From a virus, in IMG/VR virus record IMGVR_UViG_3300036770_005214, positions 32,001 through 96,000 of that record: 64,000 bases of DNA. One strand, given 5' to 3'. A program made the position numbers and the translations under genes. The notes under the pieces are model-generated. The model saw only the letters and a list, made by a program, of their open reading frames with translations. It did no database searches and was not told the origin of the DNA. Shown here one piece after another: positions 46,024 through 55,317 of the stretch (position 1 is the first letter of the stretch; each line of letters opens with the position of its first letter).

Positions 46024-46390
46024 AGACGTACAAGCTCCCGATGGCGACCGCACCGATGACAAGCCGACTGACAGCGGTGCTGGTCGACCCCTTGTGCTTG
46101 CTTTCGAGCGTCCCCCGCACGATGGCTCGGATGCGATCGGCGGGCGCCAGCGCCTCGGTCTCTTGCACGAGCATCTGGAGGTCCTGGTACAGGTCTTCCT
46201 GTTCCTCCGGGACCTCGGGCGCATCATAGAGCCCGTCGAGGCCGAACGCGGCTTGCACGACCGCGGCGAGCGTGACCGGCGGAACGGCCAGACGGCGGGA
46301 GAGGTTGCGCCACACGCCCTTGGCGACGCCGATCAACGCTTGTTCGTCGCTGGTCGGCGTGTTCCTGGTAGACCACAATGCCTGCGCCAC
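45983..46390 (-). CDS. Hypothetical protein with C-terminal TM
   Basis: LVIGAVAIGSLYVFS followed by basic tail. Confidence 0.6.
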   Translation of the reverse strand: MAQALWSTRNTPTSDEQALIGVAKGVWRNLSRRLAVPPVTLAAVVQAAFGLDGLYDAPEVPEEQEDLYQDLQMLVQETEALAPADRIRAIVRGTLESKHKGSTSTAVSRLVIGAVAIGSLYVFSQSVGKKTRSRR

Positions 46391-46391
46391 G

Positions 46392-46700
46392 CTAACCCCC
46401 GAAGATGAGCCATCTTCCGCGCCGTTGAAGCTCCGTAAGACGCTCCTCCGTGCAAAGCAACTCGGCGGACAGGCGCTCGATGTGGTCTCGCTGGATCTGA
46501 TTCACTTGCTGGGCCGTCGCCAAGGCTTCCTGCATGGCCACCATCGCATACAGGGTCGCCGTGGCGATCTCCAGCGCCTTGATTCGGCGCTCGACACACG
46601 CTTGCTCCTCCGCTGTCTCGGCAGTGCGAAGGGACTCGTAGGCTTCCATGCTCTCGACCGCGAGCAAGGCCAGCCCGCGTTCAAGAGCGGAGGGCAGCAT
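46392..46700 (-). CDS. Coiled-coil protein
   Basis: TAATG coupling. Confidence 0.6.
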   Translation of the reverse strand: MLPSALERGLALLAVESMEAYESLRTAETAEEQACVERRIKALEIATATLYAMVAMQEALATAQQVNQIQRDHIERLSAELLCTEERLTELQRRGRWLIFGG

Positions 46701-47191
46701 TAGGGGGGCGTTCCGGGTTGGACCACAGCGGGCGAGGGAGTGGGTTCGGGCTTCGCAGGCGCCACGCCGTAGCGGATGGTGAGGTAGAGTGTGATCGCCA
46801 TGCCGAGGAACTTCAAGACCTCGATGCCGATTGACTGCGCGACCGCGAGGCGCTGTTGCGACGTCTCCGCCTGCTTCGTGCGGACTTGCGCATCCGCCTT
46901 GATCGCTTCGCGCCGGTCGCCGGCGTTCACGTCCATCTGCTTCTTCAAGAGGTCGGCGAACTGCTGATTCTGCCGAATGGCCTCCGCCCTGATCTCCCGG
47001 ACCTCTTTCAGTAGCTCCTGGTGGCGTGTCTGGCTTGCGGACTCTCGGACGTCAGACAACTTCTCACGCACCTGGACAGAGGTCTCAAGACTTCCCAAAC
47101 GGACCTCCATCGTGTGAAGGCCTTTGGTCAGGTCGTCTACACGGGCCGACAAGCCATCGATCTCTTGGGCCAGTTTGTCGGTGTCTCCCAT
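46700..47191 (-). CDS. Coiled-coil protein with C-terminal TM
   Basis: Heptad pattern then VLKFLGMAITLYLTI. Confidence 0.7.
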   Translation of the reverse strand: MGDTDKLAQEIDGLSARVDDLTKGLHTMEVRLGSLETSVQVREKLSDVRESASQTRHQELLKEVREIRAEAIRQNQQFADLLKKQMDVNAGDRREAIKADAQVRTKQAETSQQRLAVAQSIGIEVLKFLGMAITLYLTIRYGVAPAKPEPTPSPAVVQPGTPP

Positions 47192-47238
47192 GTAACCCTC
47201 TCCCTGCCACCGAGACTAACCGAAGGGGGTCAGGGGGT

Positions 47239-50200
47239 CTAGCCTTCGGACGCACGCGGAAGCAACAGACCCACCGGCCGCTCCCCCTCTTCGTATTCCC
47301 GAAGGCGATACACCGAGTCTTTCAACTTCTCGTTGGGCCACTCGGAGATCGACTTCAGCACGAGCGCAATAAGGCTGCGAGGCAGACGGCGGTCCCACAT
47401 CTTGCGCAGCGTCCAGACGAACGACGCCAACAGCCGTTGGGCGGAGGATTCCGATAGGTCTCCTACGGCAACGACCTTCCCCATGAGATTGCGCCAGAAC
47501 TCGAAGTTGCCCGACTCGAAGCTCTCGACGATGGTCGTGAAGTCCCCGTCATCCTTGGGCTGCATGACGCGCTCAAAGGCTTTCTCTGCGCTCTCGTAGT
47601 TGTTGTAGTATTTGGGATTGGAGAGGCAGGAGCAGAAAGCGATCTTGCCGTCCGGCAAACGAAGGAAGATGCCCGACTGGATGGGGCTGAAGTCCTCGCC
47701 CTCCACGAACACCCCCGCCCAGGAGAAGTAGGTCGAGGAGTACATCGCTTTTACTGCCTCGAAGAAAATACCCATTTCGTAGTAGGAAGAACCCTTCGCG
47801 GCGGCTTCCTGCACTTGCTGCACGCTCAAGCGGTTCCAGGCCATCAGGGCGGCCTTGGCGGCCCGCTTGTGCCACACGTCCCGACGGGTCTCAATGAGCG
47901 CCTGGAAGATGGTGACGAGGTTCGGAGGCGCCTCCGCAAACTCCGTGCGCTCGGACCACGCGATCGGCTCCGCACGCTCGGCGACAAACGATGGTGCGCC
48001 AAGCTGCCCGAAGTTGGGCGGGTGGATGATAGACCAGTCCGGCGGATCGTCGCCTGGGGTTGCGGCCTTCGAGATATTCCCCGCGAACCCAGGGGCATAG
48101 AGGACAGCCGTGGAGAGTTGGAGCTTCCCTTCCTCGCGGAAGATGACGCGGAAGCTGGAGTCGCCGGGATAGACCTGGGCGATGTAGACCTTCTTCTCGC
48201 CCTCGGCGTTCCGCAAGAGGTTGCCGCGGTCGCGATAGACCACGCCGGTCACGAGGTCGGGGAACACCATCTGACCTGCCATCAGGCCTTCGATGGCTTC
48301 CGAGGGGATGCAGCTTAGCATCGCGGCGCTGGCGTTGCGCAGCGCGTAACGCACCCCATCCAGCTTCTCTTCCCGCTTCTTCTCGTCTTCCTGCTGGCGT
48401 GCGATGCCAACGGAGTTCAACGCGTTGCGGACCGCAGACCAAGCCTGCCGACGTGCGCTCATCCGACGCTGGTACTCTTGCTTCTTCCGAATGTCCGCGA
48501 ACATCGCCTCGGCACGCTCGGGGTTGCGGACGACGAACCGGATCAACATCTCTTCACGGTCGGACCCGTCCGTCTGGAAGTTCGGCGCGTTGCCGGTGAA
48601 GATCTCATTCTGCCACTCGGCTTTCCCTTGCGCGGCGTTCATCAGGATGCCGTCGAAGGACTGCGAGGAGACGACGTTGTAGATCTTCACGAGCGACAGG
48701 GTGTTGCCTTGGCGGATGGCCCGCCCTTCCCGCTGCTCGATGGTCGCCGGCTCCCAGGTGTAGCTGAGGTGGTACAGCGAGCCCGTGCGGCGCTGGAGGT
48801 TCAAGCCCTCGGCCATCGCCCGACTGGTCCCGATCAGAATGTCATAGGCCGGGGGACACGCGTCCTGCTCCCGCTCTTGGGTGATGGGATTGATCTCCTC
48901 ATCCACGCCGTTGAAGCCACCATTGACCCAGCCGCCCGTCTTCTCATCCCGCTTGCCGTTGGCGATCTCATCCCGCTTGGTCTTGTCCACGTTGCCCGTG
49001 ATCGACTTGATCCGGTCGCGGCGGATGCCGGCCGCCACGAGGGCGTCAATCAGCCACCCGTGCGCCTCTACCGAGTCGAGGAAGATCAGCGTACCAAACG
49101 GGGGCAGGCCCGCCGCTGCCCGCTCCGCGTTGTCGGCCACAATCTGCCGAACGGTTTGCGTCAGCTTCTCGGGGAGCTTGGTGCTGATCAGGTCATTCGG
49201 GAGCGACAGCCCGCACGCTTCCATGACGTCGAACAAGTGCGCATAGGCATCGAGGGCTGCATCGGACCGCTTCTTCTCCGCCTTCTTCTCTCCATCCTTC
49301 TCGTCTTTCCCGTCGTCCTTCTTGTCCCGCTTTAGCTTGGTCTCCCCTTTCTCCTGCATCCGTTTGAGGACACGCTGCTCCTCGGGCGTGTCGGTCACGT
49401 CGTAGTAGTCAAGGAGGATCAACCGGGGATCGATGGCGACCTTGATCATCATGCTCATGCTGATCAAAGTGAGCGCGGCCTCTACATCTTCGGTGACCTG
49501 GACCTTCCGCAAAGAGTATGCGACGTCTCGGAGTTCGGGGTCTTCGATCGTATCAACCCAACTCCCGCTCGCCGCAGCTTCCTTTCCGGCCGCCTTCCGG
49601 GCCATGCGAAGCTCCATCGCGGTCCGCAACGCGTCGGAGATCTTTGCCTGCTCGTCGCGCATCGTGACGGCCAGCGTCGTCTTGTCGACGTCCGGGAGCC
49701 GCAAGATGCCCGCGTTGGTCAGGTCGGCCTTGGTGCGCCGCTGCATGATGGGAGCGAGCGCCGACAACAACTCGCGGAGCGGGGCCTCCTTAAACTTCAG
49801 GACCCCGGGGCCCACCTTGGGCGTCAGGTCGAAGACGCCCGCCGTGTTGGTCTCCCCAATCTCCAGGTAGCGGTCGATAAACTCCTCTTTGTGCTGGATG
49901 CCCATCCGCGGCCACAGGTCATCGCTGACGTACTCGCCGAGGTTGTACAACTCGATCGGGCTGTTCTTGAGCGGGGTGGCGGTCATCAGCATGACGCCCT
50001 GCCCATCTCCCCGAGCCTCAAACAACTCGCGGGTCTTGAAGAGCAGGTCCCAACACAGCTTGGTGAGCCCGCCGCCCTCTTCTTCGTCGCCCTTCTCCTT
50101 CTTGGTCGAGCCCAGGAACGCGATGGTGGACGCGCCCATCCGCGGGCTCGGATACCACAGGTTCTTGTAGTAGTGGGCCTCGTCCACGATGATCGCGGTG

Positions 50201-53200
50201 TCGGGGGCCAAGATGGCTTCCCAGGAGATCAGGTTCGCGGAGTCCTTCACCCGGAAGTCGGTCTCCCCCTTCGCCTGCCCTTCCGCAACCGCATCGAGCA
50301 GTTCGCGGTCCGTCGGCGTCAGCTTCGTGACCTGCTCCTCCAGGTTTTTCTTCTTCTTGAGGAGTTCTTCGTCCCTTGGCCGAAGGCGGAGCTTCGCCTC
50401 CGCCTCTTCGAGCTTCGCCTTCACCACCCGCAGGAGCTTGAGACGCTGGCTAAGCCCGCGGCGGATCCAGGCCTGATCCATGATCAACTTGCGGGACTTC
50501 TCGCCGTCGGGGAAGACGTCGCGCAGGAACCCGGTGTGCCCGCAGATGAGCACGTCAAAGTGCCCGTCCGCGAACGCCCGCCACTTCTCGCTACGGGTCT
50601 CGGGGCTGTCATCCTTGCCCGCCGTGATCCCGACCAAGCAGATGCGGTAGTCGGGCAGGAAGCGAAGCGTCTGGGTGTACCACTGCGCGAGGGTGTTGTT
50701 CGGCACGACGATGACGACACGGCGAGCCCGCCCCGTCTGCCGCCACATCGCGATCGAAGAGAAGGACAGGAACGTCTTGCCCGCGCCCACGGCGTCGAAG
50801 ATGAGCCCGCCGACGCGCTCACGCTGCCACCGCACCGTCTGATTCTGGTGGGCGTGCAGGGTAATGTCGGGGTTCTGGCGAGCGAGGGGGTAGGGCTCGG
50901 TCGAGTACAGGCGCCCCCGCTGTTGGGGCATCCGCTCGGAGTAGATGACTTCGATCTGATCGAGGTAGGCCTGATTGTCGGGGATGGAGAGCCATCCAGT
51001 GAAACTCGCTTCGATGGCTTGCTCTTGCGCGACGCGCCCGGAGAAACCGATGTTGTTCTCAAACACCTGCTTCTGGCTCGACCGGCCAATGTCGACCTTC
51101 TCTTCGCGATTCAGGTAGCCCAGCACCTTCGCGGCGAGTTCGACCTCGGCTGCGCGTTGCGCCTCTTGGGTCCTCTTCATCTCTTTCGCGGTCTCATCCT
51201 TGGCACGAGCCTTGTCCCCCGTTTCGTACTCGTGCAGGGTCATCAACGAGGTGTCGGGCGAAACGGCGTCCTCGTCCTTCACTCGGATGTCGTAGCGAAC
51301 GCCGTCGAAGGTGAGCAGGAAGCTGTTGTTGCCGCAGAACGACTTGACCCATTCGGCGACCGTCTCAATCGGGACGATGCCCGAGCGGGGAGCAACACCC
51401 ACGCTCAATACGTTCTGGGCGCCGAGCAGGGCTTGCAGACGGGTCACCCCTTCCCGCAGGCGCTCCATCACCTCGGCGTTGTCGATCTCCGCCATATCAA
51501 TGACCCGCGAGGTCACCGCGAGGCGATCGGTGAGGTTCCCCGTCAGGTAGTGTTCCTCGGTGTAGTACCGGAAGCCCTGCTCGCTCGGCTCGATAAAGAT
51601 ACCCGCACGGATCAACGAGAAGACCAGCCCCTCATCCGCGTCCGGGTAGTGCCGTTGCAGATCTTGCTCGTCGCAGTAACCACGGAGCCGGCAGTAGTAC
51701 GCCACGAGGTCAAAGAGGGACAGGTTCTCGGTGTTGCGCGGGTACTCCTCCACCGAGACGATGGGGGTCTCCTGCACGCCATCGCGGAGGTACTGCTCCC
51801 AACCCCGCCGGGCCTGCTCGGGGAGGTCGCTGAAGCCCTCCGAGACGTCCCCCCACTTGGCGGCGAAGTCTTGCAGGTCGGTCAGTAGCTCGACGCGGCC
51901 CACCTCTGCGAGCGTCAACTTCTCGGGCGAACTGAGCCGCTGGTAGTACACAAACAGGCGATTCCCCAGCAGACGAGCCGTGTGGTAGCGGTAGTCGGTC
52001 GGGGGACGCTTGGAGGGGCGTGCGGGTGCTGCGGTCGGGCGTCCCGGGCGGGTCGTCGTGGGCGCCGGGGCCGCAGTCGAGCCAGGGATCGACGAGACCA
52101 TAAAGGGGACGCCGGGGTCGACGCTGGTCCGGTCGGCGGCACGGAACACCGCCGCCAAGGCGATCGTGGGGTCGAAGGTCCCAACGATGGAGCCACCCCG
52201 GTAGCCTTCCTGGTAGGTTCCGAGGATGTTCGATTCCTCGAAGTGGTAGGGCACGCGAGACAGGTCGCGGGCTTCAGCGCCCGAGCGGTTCACTGCCCGC
52301 CGCGTCCACGCTTGGATGCAGAACACGCCAGGGACGTCGGGGAACACTTCGGAGGGGAGCGCGACGGCTCCGCGGAAGTCCCCTTGGACCAGCATCTCCT
52401 CCCGGAACTTCATCTGGTCCTTGCTGGTCGCTTGGACCAACGACCACGGGGTCAGCGTGACGAGCACGCCACCAGGGCGCAGGAGCTTCAGAGACTTGAG
52501 GAGCGAGTAGTGCTCGGCCCGGTCGACGTCCTTCCGGTCCACCGCCAGCGCCTTGCGCGAGCGGTCCATGAAGGGCGGATTGGAGATCGCGAGGTCGAAG
52601 CCTTCGCCCTGGTAGCGGAAGGCCTCAAACATCGACGAGTGGACCTGCACCTCACGCCCTTGGAAGCGCAGGGCCAGCATCTCCGCGAGGCGAGGATCGT
52701 ACTCGACGACCTGGAAGCGCACGTCCGCGTTGTCGAGCGGCGTCGCGTCAATCATGCGGCCGATGCCCGCGGAGGGCTCCAGCACGTTGCGGATGGGCCC
52801 GCTCACCAGCCGGCGAGCGTAGTCCCACATGACCCCGCAGACGGCCAGCGGCGTGAAATACTGGGTGCGGATCGCCTCTTCGGTCGCGAGCACCGCCGGC
52901 GATGGGGCCCGACCCAGACGGGTGGCCTCGCTCCACGCGACGATGGCCTCCTCAAACTCGGGAGCGAACAACCCGGAGCCGGGGGAAAGCTGCGAGAGGA
53001 GACGGGTGAAGCCCCCCCAGCCCGTGTAGGCCCGAAGGGACCGCGCGAGCACCGCCCGACTGGTTGGGGCGCCTTCCTTGGCCGCTCGATAGGCCCGCAG
53101 CGCGTTCAGGTTCCAGCGCAGCCGGCGAGGCGTCGACCAGCGATGGAAATCCATCGAGTCGCCCGGGTCCTCGATATGCGTCCCCGTGTACCCCATGAGG

Positions 53201-53340
53201 GCCGCTTCAAGGTTCCCGCGCCGACGGCTGGCTTCCTTGGCCACATCGGACCAGGACGTGCAGCCCTCGGGCAGAGGACCAGACTGGCCCGAGAGCCACG
53301 CGACGAAACCGTCAAAGGTGGGCAGGGAAGGAGCGGTCAT
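47239..53340 (-). CDS. DarB-like N6-adenine methyltransferase-SNF2 helicase fusion
   Basis: YTGWGG, QYFTP, VLEPSAGIG, ISNPPF; AVGAGKT, VDEAHYYKN, TATPLKNS, EGLNLQ, EQREGRAIRQGN. Confidence 0.9.
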   Translation of the reverse strand: MTAPSLPTFDGFVAWLSGQSGPLPEGCTSWSDVAKEASRRRGNLEAALMGYTGTHIEDPGDSMDFHRWSTPRRLRWNLNALRAYRAAKEGAPTSRAVLARSLRAYTGWGGFTRLLSQLSPGSGLFAPEFEEAIVAWSEATRLGRAPSPAVLATEEAIRTQYFTPLAVCGVMWDYARRLVSGPIRNVLEPSAGIGRMIDATPLDNADVRFQVVEYDPRLAEMLALRFQGREVQVHSSMFEAFRYQGEGFDLAISNPPFMDRSRKALAVDRKDVDRAEHYSLLKSLKLLRPGGVLVTLTPWSLVQATSKDQMKFREEMLVQGDFRGAVALPSEVFPDVPGVFCIQAWTRRAVNRSGAEARDLSRVPYHFEESNILGTYQEGYRGGSIVGTFDPTIALAAVFRAADRTSVDPGVPFMVSSIPGSTAAPAPTTTRPGRPTAAPARPSKRPPTDYRYHTARLLGNRLFVYYQRLSSPEKLTLAEVGRVELLTDLQDFAAKWGDVSEGFSDLPEQARRGWEQYLRDGVQETPIVSVEEYPRNTENLSLFDLVAYYCRLRGYCDEQDLQRHYPDADEGLVFSLIRAGIFIEPSEQGFRYYTEEHYLTGNLTDRLAVTSRVIDMAEIDNAEVMERLREGVTRLQALLGAQNVLSVGVAPRSGIVPIETVAEWVKSFCGNNSFLLTFDGVRYDIRVKDEDAVSPDTSLMTLHEYETGDKARAKDETAKEMKRTQEAQRAAEVELAAKVLGYLNREEKVDIGRSSQKQVFENNIGFSGRVAQEQAIEASFTGWLSIPDNQAYLDQIEVIYSERMPQQRGRLYSTEPYPLARQNPDITLHAHQNQTVRWQRERVGGLIFDAVGAGKTFLSFSSIAMWRQTGRARRVVIVVPNNTLAQWYTQTLRFLPDYRICLVGITAGKDDSPETRSEKWRAFADGHFDVLICGHTGFLRDVFPDGEKSRKLIMDQAWIRRGLSQRLKLLRVVKAKLEEAEAKLRLRPRDEELLKKKKNLEEQVTKLTPTDRELLDAVAEGQAKGETDFRVKDSANLISWEAILAPDTAIIVDEAHYYKNLWYPSPRMGASTIAFLGSTKKEKGDEEEGGGLTKLCWDLLFKTRELFEARGDGQGVMLMTATPLKNSPIELYNLGEYVSDDLWPRMGIQHKEEFIDRYLEIGETNTAGVFDLTPKVGPGVLKFKEAPLRELLSALAPIMQRRTKADLTNAGILRLPDVDKTTLAVTMRDEQAKISDALRTAMELRMARKAAGKEAAASGSWVDTIEDPELRDVAYSLRKVQVTEDVEAALTLISMSMMIKVAIDPRLILLDYYDVTDTPEEQRVLKRMQEKGETKLKRDKKDDGKDEKDGEKKAEKKRSDAALDAYAHLFDVMEACGLSLPNDLISTKLPEKLTQTVRQIVADNAERAAAGLPPFGTLIFLDSVEAHGWLIDALVAAGIRRDRIKSITGNVDKTKRDEIANGKRDEKTGGWVNGGFNGVDEEINPITQEREQDACPPAYDILIGTSRAMAEGLNLQRRTGSLYHLSYTWEPATIEQREGRAIRQGNTLSLVKIYNVVSSQSFDGILMNAAQGKAEWQNEIFTGNAPNFQTDGSDREEMLIRFVVRNPERAEAMFADIRKKQEYQRRMSARRQAWSAVRNALNSVGIARQQEDEKKREEKLDGVRYALRNASAAMLSCIPSEAIEGLMAGQMVFPDLVTGVVYRDRGNLLRNAEGEKKVYIAQVYPGDSSFRVIFREEGKLQLSTAVLYAPGFAGNISKAATPGDDPPDWSIIHPPNFGQLGAPSFVAERAEPIAWSERTEFAEAPPNLVTIFQALIETRRDVWHKRAAKAALMAWNRLSVQQVQEAAAKGSSYYEMGIFFEAVKAMYSSTYFSWAGVFVEGEDFSPIQSGIFLRLPDGKIAFCSCLSNPKYYNNYESAEKAFERVMQPKDDGDFTTIVESFESGNFEFWRNLMGKVVAVGDLSESSAQRLLASFVWTLRKMWDRRLPRSLIALVLKSISEWPNEKLKDSVYRLREYEEGERPVGLLLPRASEG

Positions 53341-53356
53341 GGCGCGGGCACTCCGG

Positions 53357-53686
53357 TCAGGCTGCTTCGCCAAGGGTCTCGACGTAGCGGGAGTAGTAGG
53401 GACGCAGCATCGCGATGACCTGATCGTCCGTCATCTCGGACAAGGGGACCACCGCTGGGGGAGTGTACCCCGGAAGTGTGATGCCCTTGCGCTGGTAGAT
53501 ACGCGCACCGTACCCGTTCACCAAGGACAGGTAGTGGTTGATGATCAGCTTCTCGATCCCCGGCGCCGCTGCCGGGCTCTTCGCTCGGAGAGCATTGACC
53601 ACGTTGACGATGGTCTGCGCAAGCCCTGGAGCCCCGCTCGCAGTATACAGGGCTAGGATGCCCTCAATAGCCTGTTCGTAGTTCAT
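53357..53686 (-). CDS. Hypothetical protein
   Basis: GAGGT RBS, in operon. Confidence 0.7.
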   Translation of the reverse strand: MNYEQAIEGILALYTASGAPGLAQTIVNVVNALRAKSPAAAPGIEKLIINHYLSLVNGYGARIYQRKGITLPGYTPPAVVPLSEMTDDQVIAMLRPYYSRYVETLGEAA

Positions 53687-53694
53687 CTGCTACC

Positions 53695-55221
53695 TCACCG
53701 ATACCGACGGGTGCGGAGGGATTCTCCCCCAAAGGCGGCTTGTACTGCTGCGGCCCCTTGATCCAAAGCGCCCTGGAGTGCTGCGAGCAGTGCCGCCACT
53801 TCAGCGTCACCCGAGACTGCGGGCGCCGGTGCGGGAGCCGGTGCGGGGGTCATGGTCATGGGGGGAGGCGCCACGGTCACGACGGGGGGCGGCGGCTCCT
53901 CGATCACAACCGGAGCGACCGGGACCGACACGGGCGCCTGCACGGGCCGCGCCGGCACGTCCGCATCGAACTGCGGAAGGAAGGACGGGGCCACCTTGGC
54001 GATGTGCTTTCGGAAGTTGGCACGAACCACCGGGATCATTCCGGCAAGGAACGCAGCCCCACGTCCATCGGCCACCGCCGCACGGTAGTCGTTCAGCATC
54101 GCGTCAAACTTGCTGGGCGCGGCTGGTGCGGCTGGTGCGGGCGGAGGGCGAACCGGTGCGGGCGGAGGGCGGACCGGTGCGGGGGTCGGAGCGGGCGCCG
54201 GGGTCGGAGCGGGCGCCGCGGCCCGGTAGGCCTTCGCGGCGTTGTAAAGCTCCCGCACCTCGGGCGAGGCCTTCGACGCCATGAGGCCGCCGATGCCCCG
54301 GCGATCGGGGATCGAAAGGCTGCCAAGCCAAGCGTTCAAGTGGGCGAGGTCGTTGCCGGTCTTGCGGGCCTCGGCGAGGAACTGGGTGATCAAGCTCGCC
54401 TCCTGGGGGGCTACCGCTTGCTGCTTGATGCTGTCCATGACGGCCTTGAAGACCTCGCGGACTTCGGAGGGAGTGTCCCCCCGCCGCATCTTGCCAGCGA
54501 GCACCGCACGGGTCGGACCCGGCATGGCCATGACGTAACTCACCGCGCCGCCAAAGCCCCCTGCGTTGTAGGCATCGGCGAACGCCACGACGACCGGATC
54601 GGGCTGCGCCATGACGGGAGGCGCCTCGACGGCCATCGGGGGCGCCTCGACGAACACGGGAGCGGCTTGCACGACTGGCGGCGAGTAGACGACGGTGGGC
54701 GTCGGCGCTTCGACCATCGCGAGGGCCGGGGGAACCTCGGGAGCGGGGCGCTGACGGCGGGCGGGGCGCTGGCCAGCCGGCTTGGTCGGCTTCGCCACGT
54801 CGCGACGCAGCCCCATCTCGGCGCTGGTCATCGGGAGCGGCGAGCACCGAGCGGGGGGAACGCCCTCGGCCGGCTCGCGGTGCTGCTCGGTGGTCCCGTT
54901 GATGTGGTAGGTCTTCGACTCGAACTCACCCGTCGTGTCGGTGAAGTCGACGCGAAGCTCCACATCATACGCGAGGCACTCGCCCACACGCTCCCGCACG
55001 ACCTGGAGCGCCTGCGCCTTGCTGGTCAACTCGACCTGCCCGCTCTGCGCCTCCAGCTTGGTGCCGCTGCGGTTGTACGCAAGCTGCTGGACTACCCAGA
55101 CCCACTTGGGGCGGTTCCGCGCACCCTCCGCCGTGACGGGCTCGATGGCGAGGATCAACAAGGCCTTGGCGTTCGGATGACTCGGCTTCATCGGAGGACC
55201 CCGAAAACAGTTGGGGGGCAA
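53695..55221 (-). CDS. Pro/Ala-rich protein with repeated small helical domains
   Basis: PA-rich linkers separating three helical units of about 55 aa; start uncertain (ATG 55191 possible). Confidence 0.7.
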   Translation of the reverse strand: MPPNCFRGPPMKPSHPNAKALLILAIEPVTAEGARNRPKWVWVVQQLAYNRSGTKLEAQSGQVELTSKAQALQVVRERVGECLAYDVELRVDFTDTTGEFESKTYHINGTTEQHREPAEGVPPARCSPLPMTSAEMGLRRDVAKPTKPAGQRPARRQRPAPEVPPALAMVEAPTPTVVYSPPVVQAAPVFVEAPPMAVEAPPVMAQPDPVVVAFADAYNAGGFGGAVSYVMAMPGPTRAVLAGKMRRGDTPSEVREVFKAVMDSIKQQAVAPQEASLITQFLAEARKTGNDLAHLNAWLGSLSIPDRRGIGGLMASKASPEVRELYNAAKAYRAAAPAPTPAPAPTPAPVRPPPAPVRPPPAPAAPAAPSKFDAMLNDYRAAVADGRGAAFLAGMIPVVRANFRKHIAKVAPSFLPQFDADVPARPVQAPVSVPVAPVVIEEPPPPVVTVAPPPMTMTPAPAPAPAPAVSGDAEVAALLAALQGALDQGAAAVQAAFGGESLRTRRYR

Positions 55222-55237
55222 GTGGCCCGCTATAGAC

Positions 55238-55266
55238 CCCTTACCCCCCTTCTATCCGTAGGTCAA
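55238..55266 (-). promoter_or_regulatory. Class B promoter (TTGACC-N17-TAAGGG)
   Basis: Minus strand ttgacctacggatagaaggggggtaaggg; same G-run before -10 as the 41.9 and 43.3 kb promoters. Confidence 0.5.
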
Positions 55267-55317
55267 TCCCTTCACAGGTCCGACCGACCTAGCCCCGCCT
55301 GCTGCGAGGCTTTACGG

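Noticed and set aside
48478-53418. Several long + strand ORFs (e.g. 49891-51888)
   Set aside because: Shadows of the DarB-like gene
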